Source: Alphaproteobacteria bacterium
Lineage (GTDB): Bacteria > Pseudomonadota > Alphaproteobacteria > Bin95
Reading direction: 5' to 3'
Assembly: GCA_964291285.2 (NCBI GenBank)
Contig: OZ219786.1
Span: 832,001-896,000, forward strand
Length of the DNA: 64,000 nt
Within the stretch, counting starts at the first letter, position 1. Each line of letters begins with the position of its first letter. The notes under the pieces are model-generated. The model did no database searches. It had not been told where the DNA came from and saw only the letters and a list, made by a program, of their open reading frames with translations. The position numbers were made by a program, and so were the translations under genes. This document shows positions 51,164 through 62,926 of this stretch, piece after piece.

Positions 51164-53494
51164 ATGACCAGGAGCATGCTCATCGACGCAGCGCACCCGG
51201 AAGAAACCCGGATCGCTGTCGTAAACGAACGCCGGCTTGAGGACTTCGACTACGAAGCCGCTGCCCGGACGACCCTGAAAGGCAATATCTATCTCGGCAA
51301 GATCGCCCGTGTCGAAGCGTCGCTGCAGGCGGCCTTCGTCGATTACGGCGGCAACCGGCACGGTTTCCTGCCCTTCGCGGACATCCACCCCGACTATTAC
51401 CGGCTGCCGCAGGAAGACCGCCAGGCGCTGATCGAGGAGGAAGCGGCCGCGCGCCGCGAAAGCGACCTCGAAGGCGGCGATGTCGAGGATGACGACGCCG
51501 AAGAGGCCGAGGCCCAGGCCAACGGCCGCGACGACGCGCAGGAGGACCGGCGCCGGGCCAGCAGGCTGCGCCGGCAATACAAGATCCAGGAGGTCATCAA
51601 GCGCCGCCAGATCGTGCTGGTGCAGGTCTCCAAGGAAGAGCGCGGCACCAAGGGGGCGGCGCTCACCACCTATCTCTCGCTCGCCGGACGCTATTGCGTG
51701 CTGATGCCGAACACCGGGCATGGCGGCGGCATATCGCGCAAGATCACCAACGCGGCCGACCGGCGCAAGCTGAAGACCATCGTCGAAGGCCTGGATGTGT
51801 CCGACGGCATGGCGGTCATCATGCGGACCGCCGGCATCAAGCGCACCAAGACCGAGATCAAGCGCGACTACGACTTCCTGACGCGCACCTGGGAAGGCAT
51901 CCGCGAGGACACGCTGTCGAGCACCGCGCCGGCCCTCATCTACGAGGAAGCCGACCTCGTGAAGCGTGCGATCCGCGACATTTACGGGCGGGACATCGAC
52001 GAGGTGCTGGTCGAGGGCGACCGGGCCTATCGCAGCGCCAAGGACTTCATGAAGGCGCTGATGCCGAGCCACGCGAAACGGGTGCAGCAATACAAGGACC
52101 ACACGGAGCCGCTGTTCGTCGCCCACGGCATCGAGGACCAGCTTTACGACCTGCACACGGCGCGGGTGGAGCTTCCGTCCGGCGGCTATCTGGTCATCGA
52201 TTCGACCGAAGCGCTGGTGGCCATCGACGTGAACTCCGGGCGCTCGACGCGCGAGCGCAATATCGAGGAGACCGCCGTCAAGACCAACCTCGAGGCGGCG
52301 GACGAAGTGGCCCGCCAACTCCGCCTGCGCGACCTTGCCGGCATCATCGTCATCGACTTCATCGACATGGACGACCGGCGCAACAACTCCCAGGTCGAGC
52401 GCAGGCTCAAGGACGCGCTCGGCAGCGACCGGGCCCGCGTCCAGGTCGGGCGGATCAGCGCGCTCGGGCTGCTGGAGATGTCGCGCCAGCGGCTCCGCCC
52501 GAGCATTCTCGAAAGCAGCACCGTCGTCTGCCCGCACTGCAACGGCACCGGCTTCGTCCGGTCGGTCGAATCGAGCGCCCTGCAGACCGCCCGCGCCATC
52601 GAGCAGGAGGCGCTGAGCGGCGGTCCCGGCGTGCTGTCGGTGTATCTCTCCACCGACACGGCGCTCTATCTGCTCAACTACAAGCGGAACCTGCTGAACC
52701 GCCTCGCCGGCGACCACGGGGTCGAAGTCCTGCTTCAGCGGGACGATTCGCAGCCGCCCGGCGCCTGGCGCTTCGAGAGCCTCTTGCCGAAACCCCGCGA
52801 GGAGGACGCCGCAGCCGGGCCGGCCCCGGCCGACGCCGCCGACGGGGAAACAGGGCCCGAGGCCGAAGACGAAGACGAGGACGAGGACGGCGGGGCGAAG
52901 CGCCGGCGCCGCAGCCGGCGGGGCGGCCGGCGGCGGAGGAACGGCGTATCCGAGGAGGCCGCAACGGCCGAGGCGGCGTCCGCCCCCGATTCCGGCGAGG
53001 CCGAAACCGCCGCCGAGGAGGCGCCGAAGCCGCCGCGCCGCAGACGCCGCGCCGCTGCGGCCGCCGAGCCGGAGCCGGCCGCGCAGGAGCCCGAGGCTCC
53101 TCCCGCCGCGGAGGCGGATGCAGCGGAGGCCGTCGAGGAGGCGCCGAAGCCGAGGCGGCGGCGCCGGACGCGCAAGAAGGAGGAAGCGCCGGCCGAGCCG
53201 GCCGCGGAACCCGCAGCGGAAGAGGCCGAAGCCGCCCCTCCGGTGGAAACGGAGGCCGCGGAAGCGCCGGAGGAGGCCCCGAAGCCGAGACGCCGCCGAA
53301 CCCGCCGCAAGAAGGAAGACGCCCCCGAGGCCGCCGCTGCCGAAGCGCAACCGCAGGAGGCGCCCGCCGCCGAACCCGCCGCGCAGGAAACACCGCCGCA
53401 GGAAACACCGCCGGAACCGGCCCCTGCTGCGGCCGGCGAGCCGGAAGCCCCGCGCCGGGCCGGATGGTGGCGGCGGCAGCTGAACCTGGTCTGA
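51164..53494 (+). CDS. rne: Ribonuclease E
   Basis: MLIDAAHPEETR, GNIYLG, AIDVNSG, DFIDM, CPHCNGTG Zn link; disordered C-terminus ending GWW. Confidence 0.97.
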   Translation: MTRSMLIDAAHPEETRIAVVNERRLEDFDYEAAARTTLKGNIYLGKIARVEASLQAAFVDYGGNRHGFLPFADIHPDYYRLPQEDRQALIEEEAAARRESDLEGGDVEDDDAEEAEAQANGRDDAQEDRRRASRLRRQYKIQEVIKRRQIVLVQVSKEERGTKGAALTTYLSLAGRYCVLMPNTGHGGGISRKITNAADRRKLKTIVEGLDVSDGMAVIMRTAGIKRTKTEIKRDYDFLTRTWEGIREDTLSSTAPALIYEEADLVKRAIRDIYGRDIDEVLVEGDRAYRSAKDFMKALMPSHAKRVQQYKDHTEPLFVAHGIEDQLYDLHTARVELPSGGYLVIDSTEALVAIDVNSGRSTRERNIEETAVKTNLEAADEVARQLRLRDLAGIIVIDFIDMDDRRNNSQVERRLKDALGSDRARVQVGRISALGLLEMSRQRLRPSILESSTVVCPHCNGTGFVRSVESSALQTARAIEQEALSGGPGVLSVYLSTDTALYLLNYKRNLLNRLAGDHGVEVLLQRDDSQPPGAWRFESLLPKPREEDAAAGPAPADAADGETGPEAEDEDEDEDGGAKRRRRSRRGGRRRRNGVSEEAATAEAASAPDSGEAETAAEEAPKPPRRRRRAAAAAEPEPAAQEPEAPPAAEADAAEAVEEAPKPRRRRRTRKKEEAPAEPAAEPAAEEAEAAPPVETEAAEAPEEAPKPRRRRTRRKKEDAPEAAAAEAQPQEAPAAEPAAQETPPQETPPEPAPAAAGEPEAPRRAGWWRRQLNLV

Positions 53495-53521
53495 TCCGCA
53501 ACGAAAGGACGCGACCGCGCC

Positions 53522-54322
53522 ATGACGACCAACGGCAAGATGGAACTGCGCTTCGACGGAAGCGTGGCAATCCTCGCCTTCAACGACCCGGCGGTGCTGA
53601 ACGCGATAGGCCACCGGATGCGCGAGGACTTCTCCGCCGCGCTGGACCGCATCGAGGCGAGCGACGCGCGCTGCATCCTGCTGACGGGCAACGGCCGGGC
53701 CTTCTGTTCCGGCGCGAACCTGAACGATCCGGACCGCCCGCCCCGCGACCGGGAGGCGGAAGCGCGCGGCGAGCAGAAGGGCGACCTCGAAGGCTGGTAC
53801 AACCCGACCCTCGAGCGCCTGCGCGCTTCTCCCGTCCCGGTCGTGTCCGCGGTCAACGGCGTCGCCGCCGGCATCGGCATGAGCTTCGCGCTCTCGGCCG
53901 ACATCCGCATGGCCGCCAGGTCCGGCTATTTCCTCCAGGCCTTCGCGCGCATCGGCCTCGTGCCCGACGGCGGGGCCACATGGATCCTGCCGCGCCTCAT
54001 CGGCATGGCCCGCGCCATGGAGCTCTCCATGCTTGCGGAGAGGCTGCCGGCCGAGACGGCGCTCGAATGGGGCATGGTCAACCGGGTCGTGGACGACGAG
54101 GCGCTGATGGACGAGGCGATGACGATGGCGCGCCGGCTCGCCGGCGGCCCGGCTTCGCTCGGCCTGATCCGCCGGCTCTACTGGCAGAGCCTGGAACAGG
54201 GCTACAGCGCACAGCTCAAGCTGGAGGCCGATACCCAGACCGTCGCCGGCCAGACGCGCGACTATGAGGAAGGCGTCGCCGCCTTCCGGGAGAAGCGCCC
54301 CGCCGCCTTCTCGGGCCGCTGA
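53522..54322 (+). CDS. Enoyl-CoA hydratase/isomerase
   Basis: AFCSGANL, AVNGVAAGIG, IGLVPDGG, EGVAAFREKR. Confidence 0.93.
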   Translation: MTTNGKMELRFDGSVAILAFNDPAVLNAIGHRMREDFSAALDRIEASDARCILLTGNGRAFCSGANLNDPDRPPRDREAEARGEQKGDLEGWYNPTLERLRASPVPVVSAVNGVAAGIGMSFALSADIRMAARSGYFLQAFARIGLVPDGGATWILPRLIGMARAMELSMLAERLPAETALEWGMVNRVVDDEALMDEAMTMARRLAGGPASLGLIRRLYWQSLEQGYSAQLKLEADTQTVAGQTRDYEEGVAAFREKRPAAFSGR

Positions 54323-54840
54323 GGGGCGCCTCTACCCGCTCCGGCGCAGGAACGAGGCGAGACCGCCCATCGAGGCCTCGACATCCTTGGTAACCGCCTA
54401 AATCGCCTTCCAAAGACAGCACTTGACCAATATAGCCAATACGTCGGCATAGTAACATATGGCGTTGTAGCCTAGACGGAGGGCCGAAGTACCTGGCACT
54501 GATGGTGTCAAGGCGCCCAACGTACCGAGAGGTATCTTGGGTACACTCGTCAGCCGAAAAGAATCGGTGATGTATCTCACCCGCGCGCTGTTTTGCGACG
54601 ACCCTGTTTTGTCGCGCCTACGCAAATCCATGGATTGGCAGCATCCGCATCCAGCGGGTGCCCCCGATGTTCCCCAGCGGCAGGACCATGCCCGGCCCTG
54701 CCGTTTGGGGCATGATCCCTTTCGGTTGAAGCAGCCCTGTCCAGCAGCCCTCAATCATCGCTCCGGACACCGGCAGGACCAGCCGGGGCGGCGAAGACGG
54801 ATAAGCGCCGACCGGGTTGCCTCCGGGGAAACCGGCCCGC

Positions 54841-55845
54841 TCAGGCCGCCGCGAGCGCCGCTGCCGTGTCGGACATGCGGTTGGAGAAGCCCCACTCATT
54901 GTCGTACCAGGCCATGACGCGCACGAAGCTGCCGTCTATGACCTTGGTCTGGGTCGAGTCGAACACGGCGCTGTGCGGATCGTGGTTGAAGTCGGCGGAC
55001 ACCAGCGGGGCCTCGTTGACGCCGAGAATGCCCTTGAGCCGGCCCCCGGCGGCTTCTGCAATCGCGTCGTTCACCTCGTCTTCGGTCGTGCCGCGGCCGG
55101 CGGAGAACTTGAAGTCGATCAGCGAGACGTTCGCGGTCGGCACGCGCACCGAGGTGCCGTCCAGCTTGCCGGCGAGCTCCGGCAGCACCAGCCCGACGGC
55201 GCGGGCGGCGCCCGTCGAGGTCGGGATCATGGACTGGCCCGCCGCCCGCGCGCGGCGGAGGTCGCCATGCAGCGTGTCGAGGATCGCCTGGTCGCCGGTG
55301 AAGGCGTGGATCGTGGTCATGAAGCCGCGCTCGATGCCGACCGCGCGGTGCAGCACCTGCGCCACCGGGGCGAGGCAGTTGGTGGTGCAGGAGGCGTTGG
55401 AGACGACGGTGTGGCCGGCCTCCAGCCCCTCATGGTTGACGCCATAGACCACCGTAAGGTCTGCATTGTCCGCCGGGGCGGAGACCAGCACCTTGCGCGC
55501 GCCCGCCTCCAGATGCGCCGCGGCCTTGGCCTTGCTGGCGAAGATGCCGGTGCATTCGAGCACGATGTCGATGCCGAGCTTGCCCCAGGGCAGGTCCGCC
55601 GGATTGCGCTCGGCCATCACCTCGATGGACCGCCCGGCGACCTCGATGCTGCTGCCGGACGCCTTGACCTCGAACGGCAGGGTGCCGTGGGTCGAATCGT
55701 ATTTCAGCAGATGCGCGTTCGCCTCGACCGAGCCCAGATCGTTGACCGCGACGAACTCCAGATCGTTGCGCCCCGATTCCAGCGCCGCGCGCAGCGCCAG
55801 CCGGCCGATGCGCCCGAAACCGTTGATTGCGACCCTGGCTGTCAT
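54841..55845 (-). CDS. gap: Glyceraldehyde-3-phosphate dehydrogenase (type I)
   Basis: [30 protein letters not shown]. Confidence 0.97.
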   Translation of the reverse strand: MTARVAINGFGRIGRLALRAALESGRNDLEFVAVNDLGSVEANAHLLKYDSTHGTLPFEVKASGSSIEVAGRSIEVMAERNPADLPWGKLGIDIVLECTGIFASKAKAAAHLEAGARKVLVSAPADNADLTVVYGVNHEGLEAGHTVVSNASCTTNCLAPVAQVLHRAVGIERGFMTTIHAFTGDQAILDTLHGDLRRARAAGQSMIPTSTGAARAVGLVLPELAGKLDGTSVRVPTANVSLIDFKFSAGRGTTEDEVNDAIAEAAGGRLKGILGVNEAPLVSADFNHDPHSAVFDSTQTKVIDGSFVRVMAWYDNEWGFSNRMSDTAAALAAA

Positions 55846-55881
55846 GGCCTTCGCCTCCCTTGCTCGTTCCGCGCCCGCCGC

Positions 55882-57858
55882 TCAGCCGAGCCGGGCGCGC
55901 ACCTCCTCGACCACCCGCGCGGCCGTGATACCGAAATGCTCGTACAGCGCCGGGGCCGGCCCCGAGGCGCCGAAGCCGTCGATCCCGACCACCGCCCCGC
56001 CCGGGCCCACATGCCGCTCCCAGCCGAAGGATGAAGCCGCCTCGACCGCGACGCGCACCGGCCCCTCCGGCAGCACACGCGCGCGGTAGGCGGCGTCCTG
56101 ACGCTCGAACAGTTCCATCGACGGCATGGAGACCACGCGTGTTGGCGCGCCCGAGCCGTCGAGCGCCGCCTTCGCCTCCATCGCGATGCCGACCTCGGAG
56201 CCCGTGGCGATCAGCACCGCCGCCGGCGCGCCCTCGCAGTCGGCGAGCACATAAGCCCCGCGCGCCGAGAGGTTCTCCGCCGCCGGCTCCGTGCGGGCGG
56301 CGGGCACGCCCTGGCGCGTCAGCGCGAGCACGGACGGTCCCTTGAGCGAGAGCGCGACCTCCCAGCATTCCGCCGTTTCCACCGCGTCGGCCGGGCGCAT
56401 GGTGACGAGGCCCGGCATGGCGCGCAGGCTCGCCAGATGCTCGATGGGCTGGTGCGTCGGCCCGTCTTCGCCAAGCCCGATGGAATCGTGCGTCATGACG
56501 AAGATCGACCGGATGCCCATCAGCGCCGCGAGGCGGATGGAGGGCCGGCAATAGTCGGTGAAGGTCAGGAAGGTGGCGCCGTAGGGGATGACGCCGCCAT
56601 GCAGCGCCATGCCGTTCATCGCCGCCGCCATGCCGTGTTCGCGCACGCCGTAATGCAGGTAGCGGCCGCCGTAATTGTCCGCGTTCCAGGGTTCCAGACC
56701 GGGCGTCAGCGTGCCGTTGGAGCCGGTGAGGTCGGCCGAGCCGCCGATGGTCTCCGGGAGCGCCGCGTTCACCGCGCCGAGCGCGCGCTGCGACGCCTGC
56801 CGGGTGGCCAGCTTCGGCGGCTCCGCCAGCAGGCCCGCCTTGTAGTCCGCCATCGCGGCCTCGAAGCCGGCCGGCAGCGCGCCGCTCGTCCGGCGCTCGA
56901 ACTCCGCCCGGTCCGCGCTCGCCTCCAGCCGTTTCTGCCACGCCTCGCGCGCCGCCCTGCCCCACGCGCCGGCTTCGCGCCAGGCCGCGGCGATGTCGTT
57001 CGGGATGGTGAAGGGGGCATGGGACCAGCCGAGCGCCTCGCGCGCCGCCGCCACCTCCTCCGCGCCGAGCGGCGCGCCGTGCGAGGCCGCCGTCCCGGCC
57101 TTGGTCGGCGCGCCGAGCGCAATGGTCGTGCGGCAGGAGATGAGCGACGGGCGCGGGTCGGCGAGCGCGGCGTCGATAGCGCGCGCGATGTCCTCCGTGT
57201 CGTGGCCGTCGCAAGCCGTCGTGTGCCAGCCGCAGGCCTCGAAGCGCCCGGCCGGGTCGTCCGACATGGCGAGCGCGGTCGGCCCGTCGATGGAGATGCC
57301 GTTGTCGTCATAGAGGACGATCAGCCGCCCGAGCCGCAGGTGGCCCGCAAGCGCGGCGGCCTCGTGCGACACGCCTTCCATCATGTCGCCGTCGCTCGCG
57401 ATCACCCAGCAGCGATGGTCCACGAGGCTGTCGCCGAAGGCGGCATTCACCGCGCGCTCGGCGATGGCCATGCCGACCGCCGTGGCGATGCCCTGCCCGA
57501 GCGGCCCGGTCGTGGTCTCGACGCCGGGGCTGTGCCCGTATTCGGGATGGCCCGGCGTGGCGCTGCCGAGCTGGCGGAACCGCTCGATCTCGCGCATGTC
57601 CATGCCGGGATAGCCCGCCAGGTGCAGCAGGCCGTATAGCAGCATCGAGCCGTGCCCGGCGGAGAGCACGAACCGGTCCCGGTCCGGCCAGTCGGGAGCG
57701 CCGGCGTCGTAGCGCAGATAGCGCGTGAACAGCACCGCCGCCACGTCCGCCATGCCCATCGGCATGCCCGGATGGCCGGAATTCGCTTGCTCGACGGCGT
57801 CCATCGCAAGCGCGCGCAAAGCGTTCGCCATGGAGGCGAGGTCAGGTCGGGCGGACAT
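55882..57858 (-). CDS. tkt: Transketolase
   Basis: [38 protein letters not shown]. Confidence 0.97.
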   Translation of the reverse strand: MSARPDLASMANALRALAMDAVEQANSGHPGMPMGMADVAAVLFTRYLRYDAGAPDWPDRDRFVLSAGHGSMLLYGLLHLAGYPGMDMREIERFRQLGSATPGHPEYGHSPGVETTTGPLGQGIATAVGMAIAERAVNAAFGDSLVDHRCWVIASDGDMMEGVSHEAAALAGHLRLGRLIVLYDDNGISIDGPTALAMSDDPAGRFEACGWHTTACDGHDTEDIARAIDAALADPRPSLISCRTTIALGAPTKAGTAASHGAPLGAEEVAAAREALGWSHAPFTIPNDIAAAWREAGAWGRAAREAWQKRLEASADRAEFERRTSGALPAGFEAAMADYKAGLLAEPPKLATRQASQRALGAVNAALPETIGGSADLTGSNGTLTPGLEPWNADNYGGRYLHYGVREHGMAAAMNGMALHGGVIPYGATFLTFTDYCRPSIRLAALMGIRSIFVMTHDSIGLGEDGPTHQPIEHLASLRAMPGLVTMRPADAVETAECWEVALSLKGPSVLALTRQGVPAARTEPAAENLSARGAYVLADCEGAPAAVLIATGSEVGIAMEAKAALDGSGAPTRVVSMPSMELFERQDAAYRARVLPEGPVRVAVEAASSFGWERHVGPGGAVVGIDGFGASGPAPALYEHFGITAARVVEEVRARLG

Positions 57859-58004
57859 GGGAACAGGGCGGTCCGGAATTGAAGGCGTCGGGGCCGGCAA
57901 AATGCCCGCCCCGGACCGCCGCCGTCAACACGGCCGGACAGCGGTTTGTTGACGCTGGCGAATGCGGACTGTCAAATAAGGGCCGTAACGGGGCCGGAAA
58001 CCGC

Positions 58005-58211
58005 ATGACCGGAAACGAAGCCGTCATTTCGCGCATCGAAGCGGCGCTTTCGCGTATCGACGCCGCCTTGGAGCGGCTCGATTCAGCCCCTGCGGGAAAC
58101 CCGGAAGCCGAAACCGAGATCGCCGCGCTCCGGGCCCTGCACGGCGAGATTGCAGCGCGCCTCGACGCCGCCATAGCCCGCCTCGATGCGGCGGTCGAGA
58201 GCGGGGAGTAG
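58005..58211 (+). CDS. Small coiled-coil protein upstream of zapA
   Basis: Heptad pattern RIEAALSRIDAALERL...RLDAAIARL; typical position before alphaproteobacterial zapA. Confidence 0.7.
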   Translation: MTGNEAVISRIEAALSRIDAALERLDSAPAGNPEAETEIAALRALHGEIAARLDAAIARLDAAVESGE

Positions 58212-58216
58212 CGCCC

Positions 58217-58525
58217 TTGGCCCAGGTCGCGATCACGATCAACGACAAGCAATACAGCCTCTCCTGCGACGACGGCCAGGAAGAGCGCATCCGGGCGGCG
58301 GGCGCGCTGCTGAACGCCGGGGTCGGCGAGCTTGCGGCCCAGATAGGCCGGGTGAACGACCTCAACCTCGTGGTCATGGCGAGCGTGATGCTGGCCGACG
58401 ACCTCATCCGGGAGCGGGCGGCCCGGAAGCAGGAGGAGGCGCCCGACCTTGAAGAACTGGCCATGGCGCTCGAATATCTCGCCGACAAGGTCGAGTCGGT
58501 TGCGTCCAGATTCGCGCCCGAATAG
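58217..58525 (+). CDS. zapA: Cell division protein ZapA
   Basis: MAQVAITINDKQYSLSCDDGQEE, VMASVMLADD; TTG start after GGGGAG. Confidence 0.9.
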   Translation: MAQVAITINDKQYSLSCDDGQEERIRAAGALLNAGVGELAAQIGRVNDLNLVVMASVMLADDLIRERAARKQEEAPDLEELAMALEYLADKVESVASRFAPE

Positions 58526-58532
58526 AGTCGCC

Positions 58533-58692
58533 GCGAAGCTGCCCGGTGCGTTTGGCTAACGAAATCCCGGGGCCGTTACCGAAACTCCAGGGAGTTGTCC
58601 CTGCCGGAGTCCTGGCTTCGGCACACGACGCCCACCTCAATGGCGAGGGTCCCGGAGGATTGGCTTGAGACCGACGGCCAGGGCGGCTTCGC
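58533..58692 (+). ncRNA. ssrS: 6S RNA
   Basis: Terminal stem gcgaagctgccc/gggcggcttcgc; cccggggcc...agggagttgtccctg...cacacgacgcccacct motifs; zapA-ssrS-ygfA synteny. Confidence 0.88.
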
Positions 58693-59207
58693 TTGCCTCC
58701 GCCAAGGCGGCCATGCGGCGCGAAATGCTGCGGCGGCGGGCAGGCTTTCCGCCGGCAGCGCTTTGCCCCGACGCGGCGCTCGAAGGGTGGTGCATCGCGG
58801 GCTACTGGCCCGTCAGGGGGGAAATCGACCCCCGCCCGCTGCTGCAGGCGCTCGGCCGGCCGGTGGCGCTGCCGGTGACGGGACCGCAGGGCACGGTGCT
58901 GGAGTTCCGCCTCTGGCGGCCGGGAGACAGGATGGTGCCCGGTCCCTTCGGCATCATGGAGCCGACGGGACCGGCGGCGGAGCCGGACGTGCTGCTAGTG
59001 CCGCTGCTCGCCTTCGACGCCCGCGGCAACCGCCTCGGCTACGGCGGCGGCTATTACGACCGGACGATTGCGGCGACGGGCGCCCTTGCCATCGGTGCGG
59101 CCCATGCGGCACAGGAGGTGGCGGCCGTGCCCGTCGGGCCGGACGACCGGCCGCTTGCCGGCGTCCTGACGGAAACCGGCCTCGGATTTTTCCAGCGGAG
59201 AGCGTGA
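58665..59207 (+). CDS. ygfA: 5-formyltetrahydrofolate cyclo-ligase (start 58665 TTG or 58713 ATG)
   Basis: GYWPVRGEIDP, VPLLAFD, RLGYGGGYYDRT. Confidence 0.92.
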   Translation: MRPTARAASLASAKAAMRREMLRRRAGFPPAALCPDAALEGWCIAGYWPVRGEIDPRPLLQALGRPVALPVTGPQGTVLEFRLWRPGDRMVPGPFGIMEPTGPAAEPDVLLVPLLAFDARGNRLGYGGGYYDRTIAATGALAIGAAHAAQEVAAVPVGPDDRPLAGVLTETGLGFFQRRA

Positions 59208-59208
59208 C

Positions 59209-60030
59209 GTGCGAATCCTCTTTCTCGGCGATGTAGTGGCCCGCTCGGGCCGCGATGCGGTGGCAAAGGAGCTGCCGGAGCTGCGCCGCCGGCTCGCCGT
59301 GGACCTCGCCGTCGTCAACGGCGAGAACATGGCCCACGGCATCGGCATGATGCCGGACATGGTGGAAGGCCTGTTCAAGGCCGGGGCCGATGTCGTGACC
59401 TCCGGCAACCATGTCTGGGACCGCAAGGAGGTCATCCCCTACATGGAGGGCGAGCCGAGGCTGCTGCGCCCGATCAACTATCCGCCCGGCACGCCGGGAC
59501 GGGGGCTCGCCGAGGTGGTGCTGGACGACGGGCGCAGGGCAGTCGTCGTCAACGCGATGGCGCGCCTCTTCATGGACGCGCTGGACGATCCCTTCGCCAC
59601 GGTGCTGCGCGCGCTCAAGCGCTACCCGCTCGGCGGGGCGGCCGACGCGATCCTGATCGACTTTCACGGGGAGGCGAGCGCGGAGAAGATGGCCTTCGGG
59701 CATTTCTTCGACGGCGAGGTGTCGGTCGTGGTCGGCACCCATACCCACGTCCCGACCGCCGACGCCACGGTGCTGCCCAAGGGCACCGCCTACCAGACCG
59801 ACGCCGGCATGTGCGGCGACTACGACTCGGTCATCGGCATGGCCAAGGAGGAGCCGATGCGCCGCTTCGTGCGCAAGATGTCGGGCGGACGGCCGGAGCC
59901 CGCGGCGGGCCCGGCGACCGTATGCGGCCTCTTCATCGAAACCGACGACCGGACGGGGCTTGCGCTGAGCGCCGAGCCGGTGCGGGTCGGAGGCCGGCTC
60001 TCGCAGACCCTGCCCACCTGCGTTATATAG
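59209..60030 (+). CDS. YmdB/TIGR00282 metallophosphoesterase
   Basis: FLGDVV, NGEN, SGNHVWD, DFHGEAS, GTHTHV. Confidence 0.93.
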   Translation: MRILFLGDVVARSGRDAVAKELPELRRRLAVDLAVVNGENMAHGIGMMPDMVEGLFKAGADVVTSGNHVWDRKEVIPYMEGEPRLLRPINYPPGTPGRGLAEVVLDDGRRAVVVNAMARLFMDALDDPFATVLRALKRYPLGGAADAILIDFHGEASAEKMAFGHFFDGEVSVVVGTHTHVPTADATVLPKGTAYQTDAGMCGDYDSVIGMAKEEPMRRFVRKMSGGRPEPAAGPATVCGLFIETDDRTGLALSAEPVRVGGRLSQTLPTCVI

Positions 60031-60073
60031 CCACGGGTCCCGATTCCGCGGCGGCAAGAGGGCGCACAGGCCG

Positions 60074-60823
60074 ATGGCCGGACATTCGCAATTCAAGAAC
60101 ATCATGTACCGCAAGGGCGCGCAGGACGCGAAGCGCGCGCGCCTGTTCACCAAGATCGGGCGCGAGATCGAGGTGGCGGCGAAGCTCGGCTCCCCCGACC
60201 CCGACTCGAACCCCCGGCTGCGCTCCGCCATCCAGGCCGCCCGCGCCGCCAACATGCCGCGCGACCGCATCGATCGGGCGATGAAGCGCGCCGCCGGCGA
60301 CGGCGACGGGGCCGTCTACGAGGAGGTGCGCTACGAGGGATACGGGCCTGCCGGCGTCGCGGTGATCGTCGAGGCGCTGACCGACAACCGCAACCGCACG
60401 GCGGCCGATGTCCGCGCCGCCTTCTCCAAGAACGGCGGCTCGCTCGGCGAGACCGGCTCGGTGAGCTTCCTGTTCGACCGGGCCGGACTGATCCGGTTCT
60501 CCCGGGACGCCGCCGGCAGCGACGAGATTTTCGAGGCGGCGCTGGAAGCGGGCGCCGACGACATGGACTCCGACGACGACGGCCACGATGTGCTGACCGC
60601 GCCGGAAGACCTGCATGCGGTGCGCGAGGCGCTGGAACGGTCCATCGGAGAGCCGCAGGCGGCGCGGCTCATCTGGAAGCCGCAGACCCTCGTGCCTGTC
60701 GGGGAGGAACCGGCCGCCGTGCTCCTCAAGCTGCTCGAAGTGCTCGACGACCATGACGACGTGCAGAACGTCTCGGCCAATTACGACATGTCGGACGAGG
60801 TGCTCGCCCGGCTCGCCGGATGA
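60074..60823 (+). CDS. yebC: YebC/PmpR-family protein
   Basis: [29 protein letters not shown]. Confidence 0.96.
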   Translation: MAGHSQFKNIMYRKGAQDAKRARLFTKIGREIEVAAKLGSPDPDSNPRLRSAIQAARAANMPRDRIDRAMKRAAGDGDGAVYEEVRYEGYGPAGVAVIVEALTDNRNRTAADVRAAFSKNGGSLGETGSVSFLFDRAGLIRFSRDAAGSDEIFEAALEAGADDMDSDDDGHDVLTAPEDLHAVREALERSIGEPQAARLIWKPQTLVPVGEEPAAVLLKLLEVLDDHDDVQNVSANYDMSDEVLARLAG

Positions 60824-61317
60824 CCCGCGGCGGCCGCGTCATCGGGTTCGACCCCGGCTTGCGGGTCACGGGCTGGGGAATCGTCGACGCTCATGGCAGC
60901 CGTCTGGTCCACGTTGCCAACGGCGAACTCAAGCCGGACCCGAAGGCCGGGACGGCCGACCGGCTGGCCGAGCTCTTCGCCGGCGTGACGCAGGTGATCC
61001 GGCAATACGCACCCGACATGGCGGCGGTGGAAGAGGTATTCGTCCACCGCAGCCCGGCCGCGGCGCTGAAGCTCGGCATGGCGCGCGGCGCGGCGCTGGT
61101 GGCCGCGGCCAATGCCGGGTTGCCGGTGGCCGAATATGCTCCGAGGAGCGTGAAGAAGGCGCTGGTCGGCGCCGGCGGGGCGGACAAGGCGCAGGTGCAA
61201 TACATGATCGGAATCCTGCTGCCCGGCTGCAATCCGGCGGGCCCCGACGCTGCCGATGCGCTGGCGGTCGCGGTGACGCACGCGCACCGGATGCCCTTCG
61301 CGGCAGCGGCCGGATGA
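60820..61317 (+). CDS. ruvC: Holliday junction resolvase
   Basis: [31 protein letters not shown]. Confidence 0.96.
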   Translation: MTRGGRVIGFDPGLRVTGWGIVDAHGSRLVHVANGELKPDPKAGTADRLAELFAGVTQVIRQYAPDMAAVEEVFVHRSPAAALKLGMARGAALVAAANAGLPVAEYAPRSVKKALVGAGGADKAQVQYMIGILLPGCNPAGPDAADALAVAVTHAHRMPFAAAAG

Positions 61318-61907
61318 TCGGGCGGCTGACCGGCAGGGTCGGCCTCGGCGACGGCGAAGCGCTGATCGTGGATGTCGCCGGCGTCGGCTATCTGGTCCAG
61401 GCTTCCAGCCGCACCGCCGGGCGGCTGGAGAACGGCCGCGAGGCCACCCTCCTGGTCGAGACGCGGGTCCGCGAGGATTCGATCGCGCTTTACGGCTTCG
61501 CCGACGCAGCCGAGCGGGACTGGTTCCGACACCTGACCGCCGTGCAGGGCGTCGGCGGGCGCGTGGCGCTGGCCCTGCTGTCCGCGCTGTCTCCCGACGA
61601 GCTTGCGACTGCTCTGCTGGCCGAGGACCGCAAGGCGCTCACCCGCGCCGAGGGCGTCGGTCCGAGGCTCGCGGCGCGCATTGTCAACGAGCTGAAGGGC
61701 AAGGCCGAGATGCCGGCCGCGCCGCTCTCCTCCATACCCGGCGCCGCCGGGGCCGGCGGCGGGGACGAGCTGCTCTCGGCGCTGGTCAATCTCGGCTACG
61801 GGCGCTCCGAGGCGCTTGCGGCTGCGGCGGCGGCGAGGCGCAGCCTCGGCGAGGAGGCCGCTTTCGATGACCTGATCCGGGCGAGCCTTCGGGAGCTTGC
61901 CGGGTGA
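61314..61907 (+). CDS. ruvA: Holliday junction DNA-binding protein
   Basis: [30 protein letters not shown]. Confidence 0.96.
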   Translation: MIGRLTGRVGLGDGEALIVDVAGVGYLVQASSRTAGRLENGREATLLVETRVREDSIALYGFADAAERDWFRHLTAVQGVGGRVALALLSALSPDELATALLAEDRKALTRAEGVGPRLAARIVNELKGKAEMPAAPLSSIPGAAGAGGGDELLSALVNLGYGRSEALAAAAAARRSLGEEAAFDDLIRASLRELAG

Positions 61908-62926
61908 CGGAGGACCGCAGCGTCATGCCGGAACGCCGGCCGGGGGACCGCGACGCCGCGCTGCGTCCGGAAACGCTGGACGAATTCGTCGGCCAGGAAC
62001 GCCTCAGGCGGAACCTGAAGGTCTTCATCGACGCGGCCAGGGCGCGCGGCGAGGCGCTGGACCATGTGCTGTTCGTCGGGCCTCCGGGCCTCGGCAAGAC
62101 GACGCTCGCGCAGATCGTCGCCCGCGAACTGGGTGTCGGCTTCCGCGCGACTTCGGGCCCGGTCATCCTGCGCGCCGGCGACCTTGCGGCCCTGCTCACC
62201 AACCTCCAGCCGCGCGACGTGCTGTTCATCGACGAAATCCACCGCCTGAACCCGGCGGTCGAGGAAATCCTCTATCCGGCGCTGGAGGACTGCCAGCTCG
62301 ACCTGATGATCGGCGAGGGGCCGGCCGCGCGCTCGGTGCGCATCGACCTGCCGCCCTTCACCCTGGTCGGCGCCACGACGCGCGCCGGCCTGCTGACGAC
62401 GCCGCTGCGCGAACGCTTCGGAATTCCGCTGCGGCTCGAATTCTACGAGCCGGGGGAACTGGCGCGGATCGTGGCGCGCGCCGCCGGACTGCTCGGGATT
62501 CCGGCAAGCGAGGCCGGCGCGCTGGAGATCGCGCAGCGGGCGCGCGGCACGCCCCGGATTGCCGGGCGTCTTCTCCGCCGGGTCCACGACTTCGCTGCCG
62601 TCGCCGGCCGCGGCGAGATCGACGACGTGGCGGCGGACGCCGCGCTGGTGCAGCTGGAGGTGGACCGGCTCGGCCTGGACGCGATGGACCGGCGCTATAT
62701 GCGTTGCCTGGCCGAAGCCTATGGCGGCGGCCCGGCCGGAGCCGAAGCCCTGGCCGCCACGCTCGCCGAGCAGCGCGACGTGCTCGAGGAGGTGGTGGAG
62801 CCCTATCTCATCCGGGAGGCGCTGGTGCTGCGCACGCCACGCGGGCGCATGCTGTCGCGCCAGGGCTGGGAGTGTCTCGGCCTCACGCCGCCCCGGAGCG
62901 CGGCGGACCTGTTCGATGGAACATGA
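61904..62926 (+). CDS. ruvB: Holliday junction helicase
   Basis: [35 protein letters not shown]. Confidence 0.97.
   Translation: MTEDRSVMPERRPGDRDAALRPETLDEFVGQERLRRNLKVFIDAARARGEALDHVLFVGPPGLGKTTLAQIVARELGVGFRATSGPVILRAGDLAALLTNLQPRDVLFIDEIHRLNPAVEEILYPALEDCQLDLMIGEGPAARSVRIDLPPFTLVGATTRAGLLTTPLRERFGIPLRLEFYEPGELARIVARAAGLLGIPASEAGALEIAQRARGTPRIAGRLLRRVHDFAAVAGRGEIDDVAADAALVQLEVDRLGLDAMDRRYMRCLAEAYGGGPAGAEALAATLAEQRDVLEEVVEPYLIREALVLRTPRGRMLSRQGWECLGLTPPRSAADLFDGT

Noticed and set aside
51161-54267. 817-aa minus and 857-aa plus alternative-frame ORFs
   Set aside because: Overlap rne; Arg/Gly/Pro-rich off-frame translations
54398-54917. 118-aa and 126-aa ORFs in the low-GC gap
   Set aside because: No RBS, atypical composition, no recognisable domain
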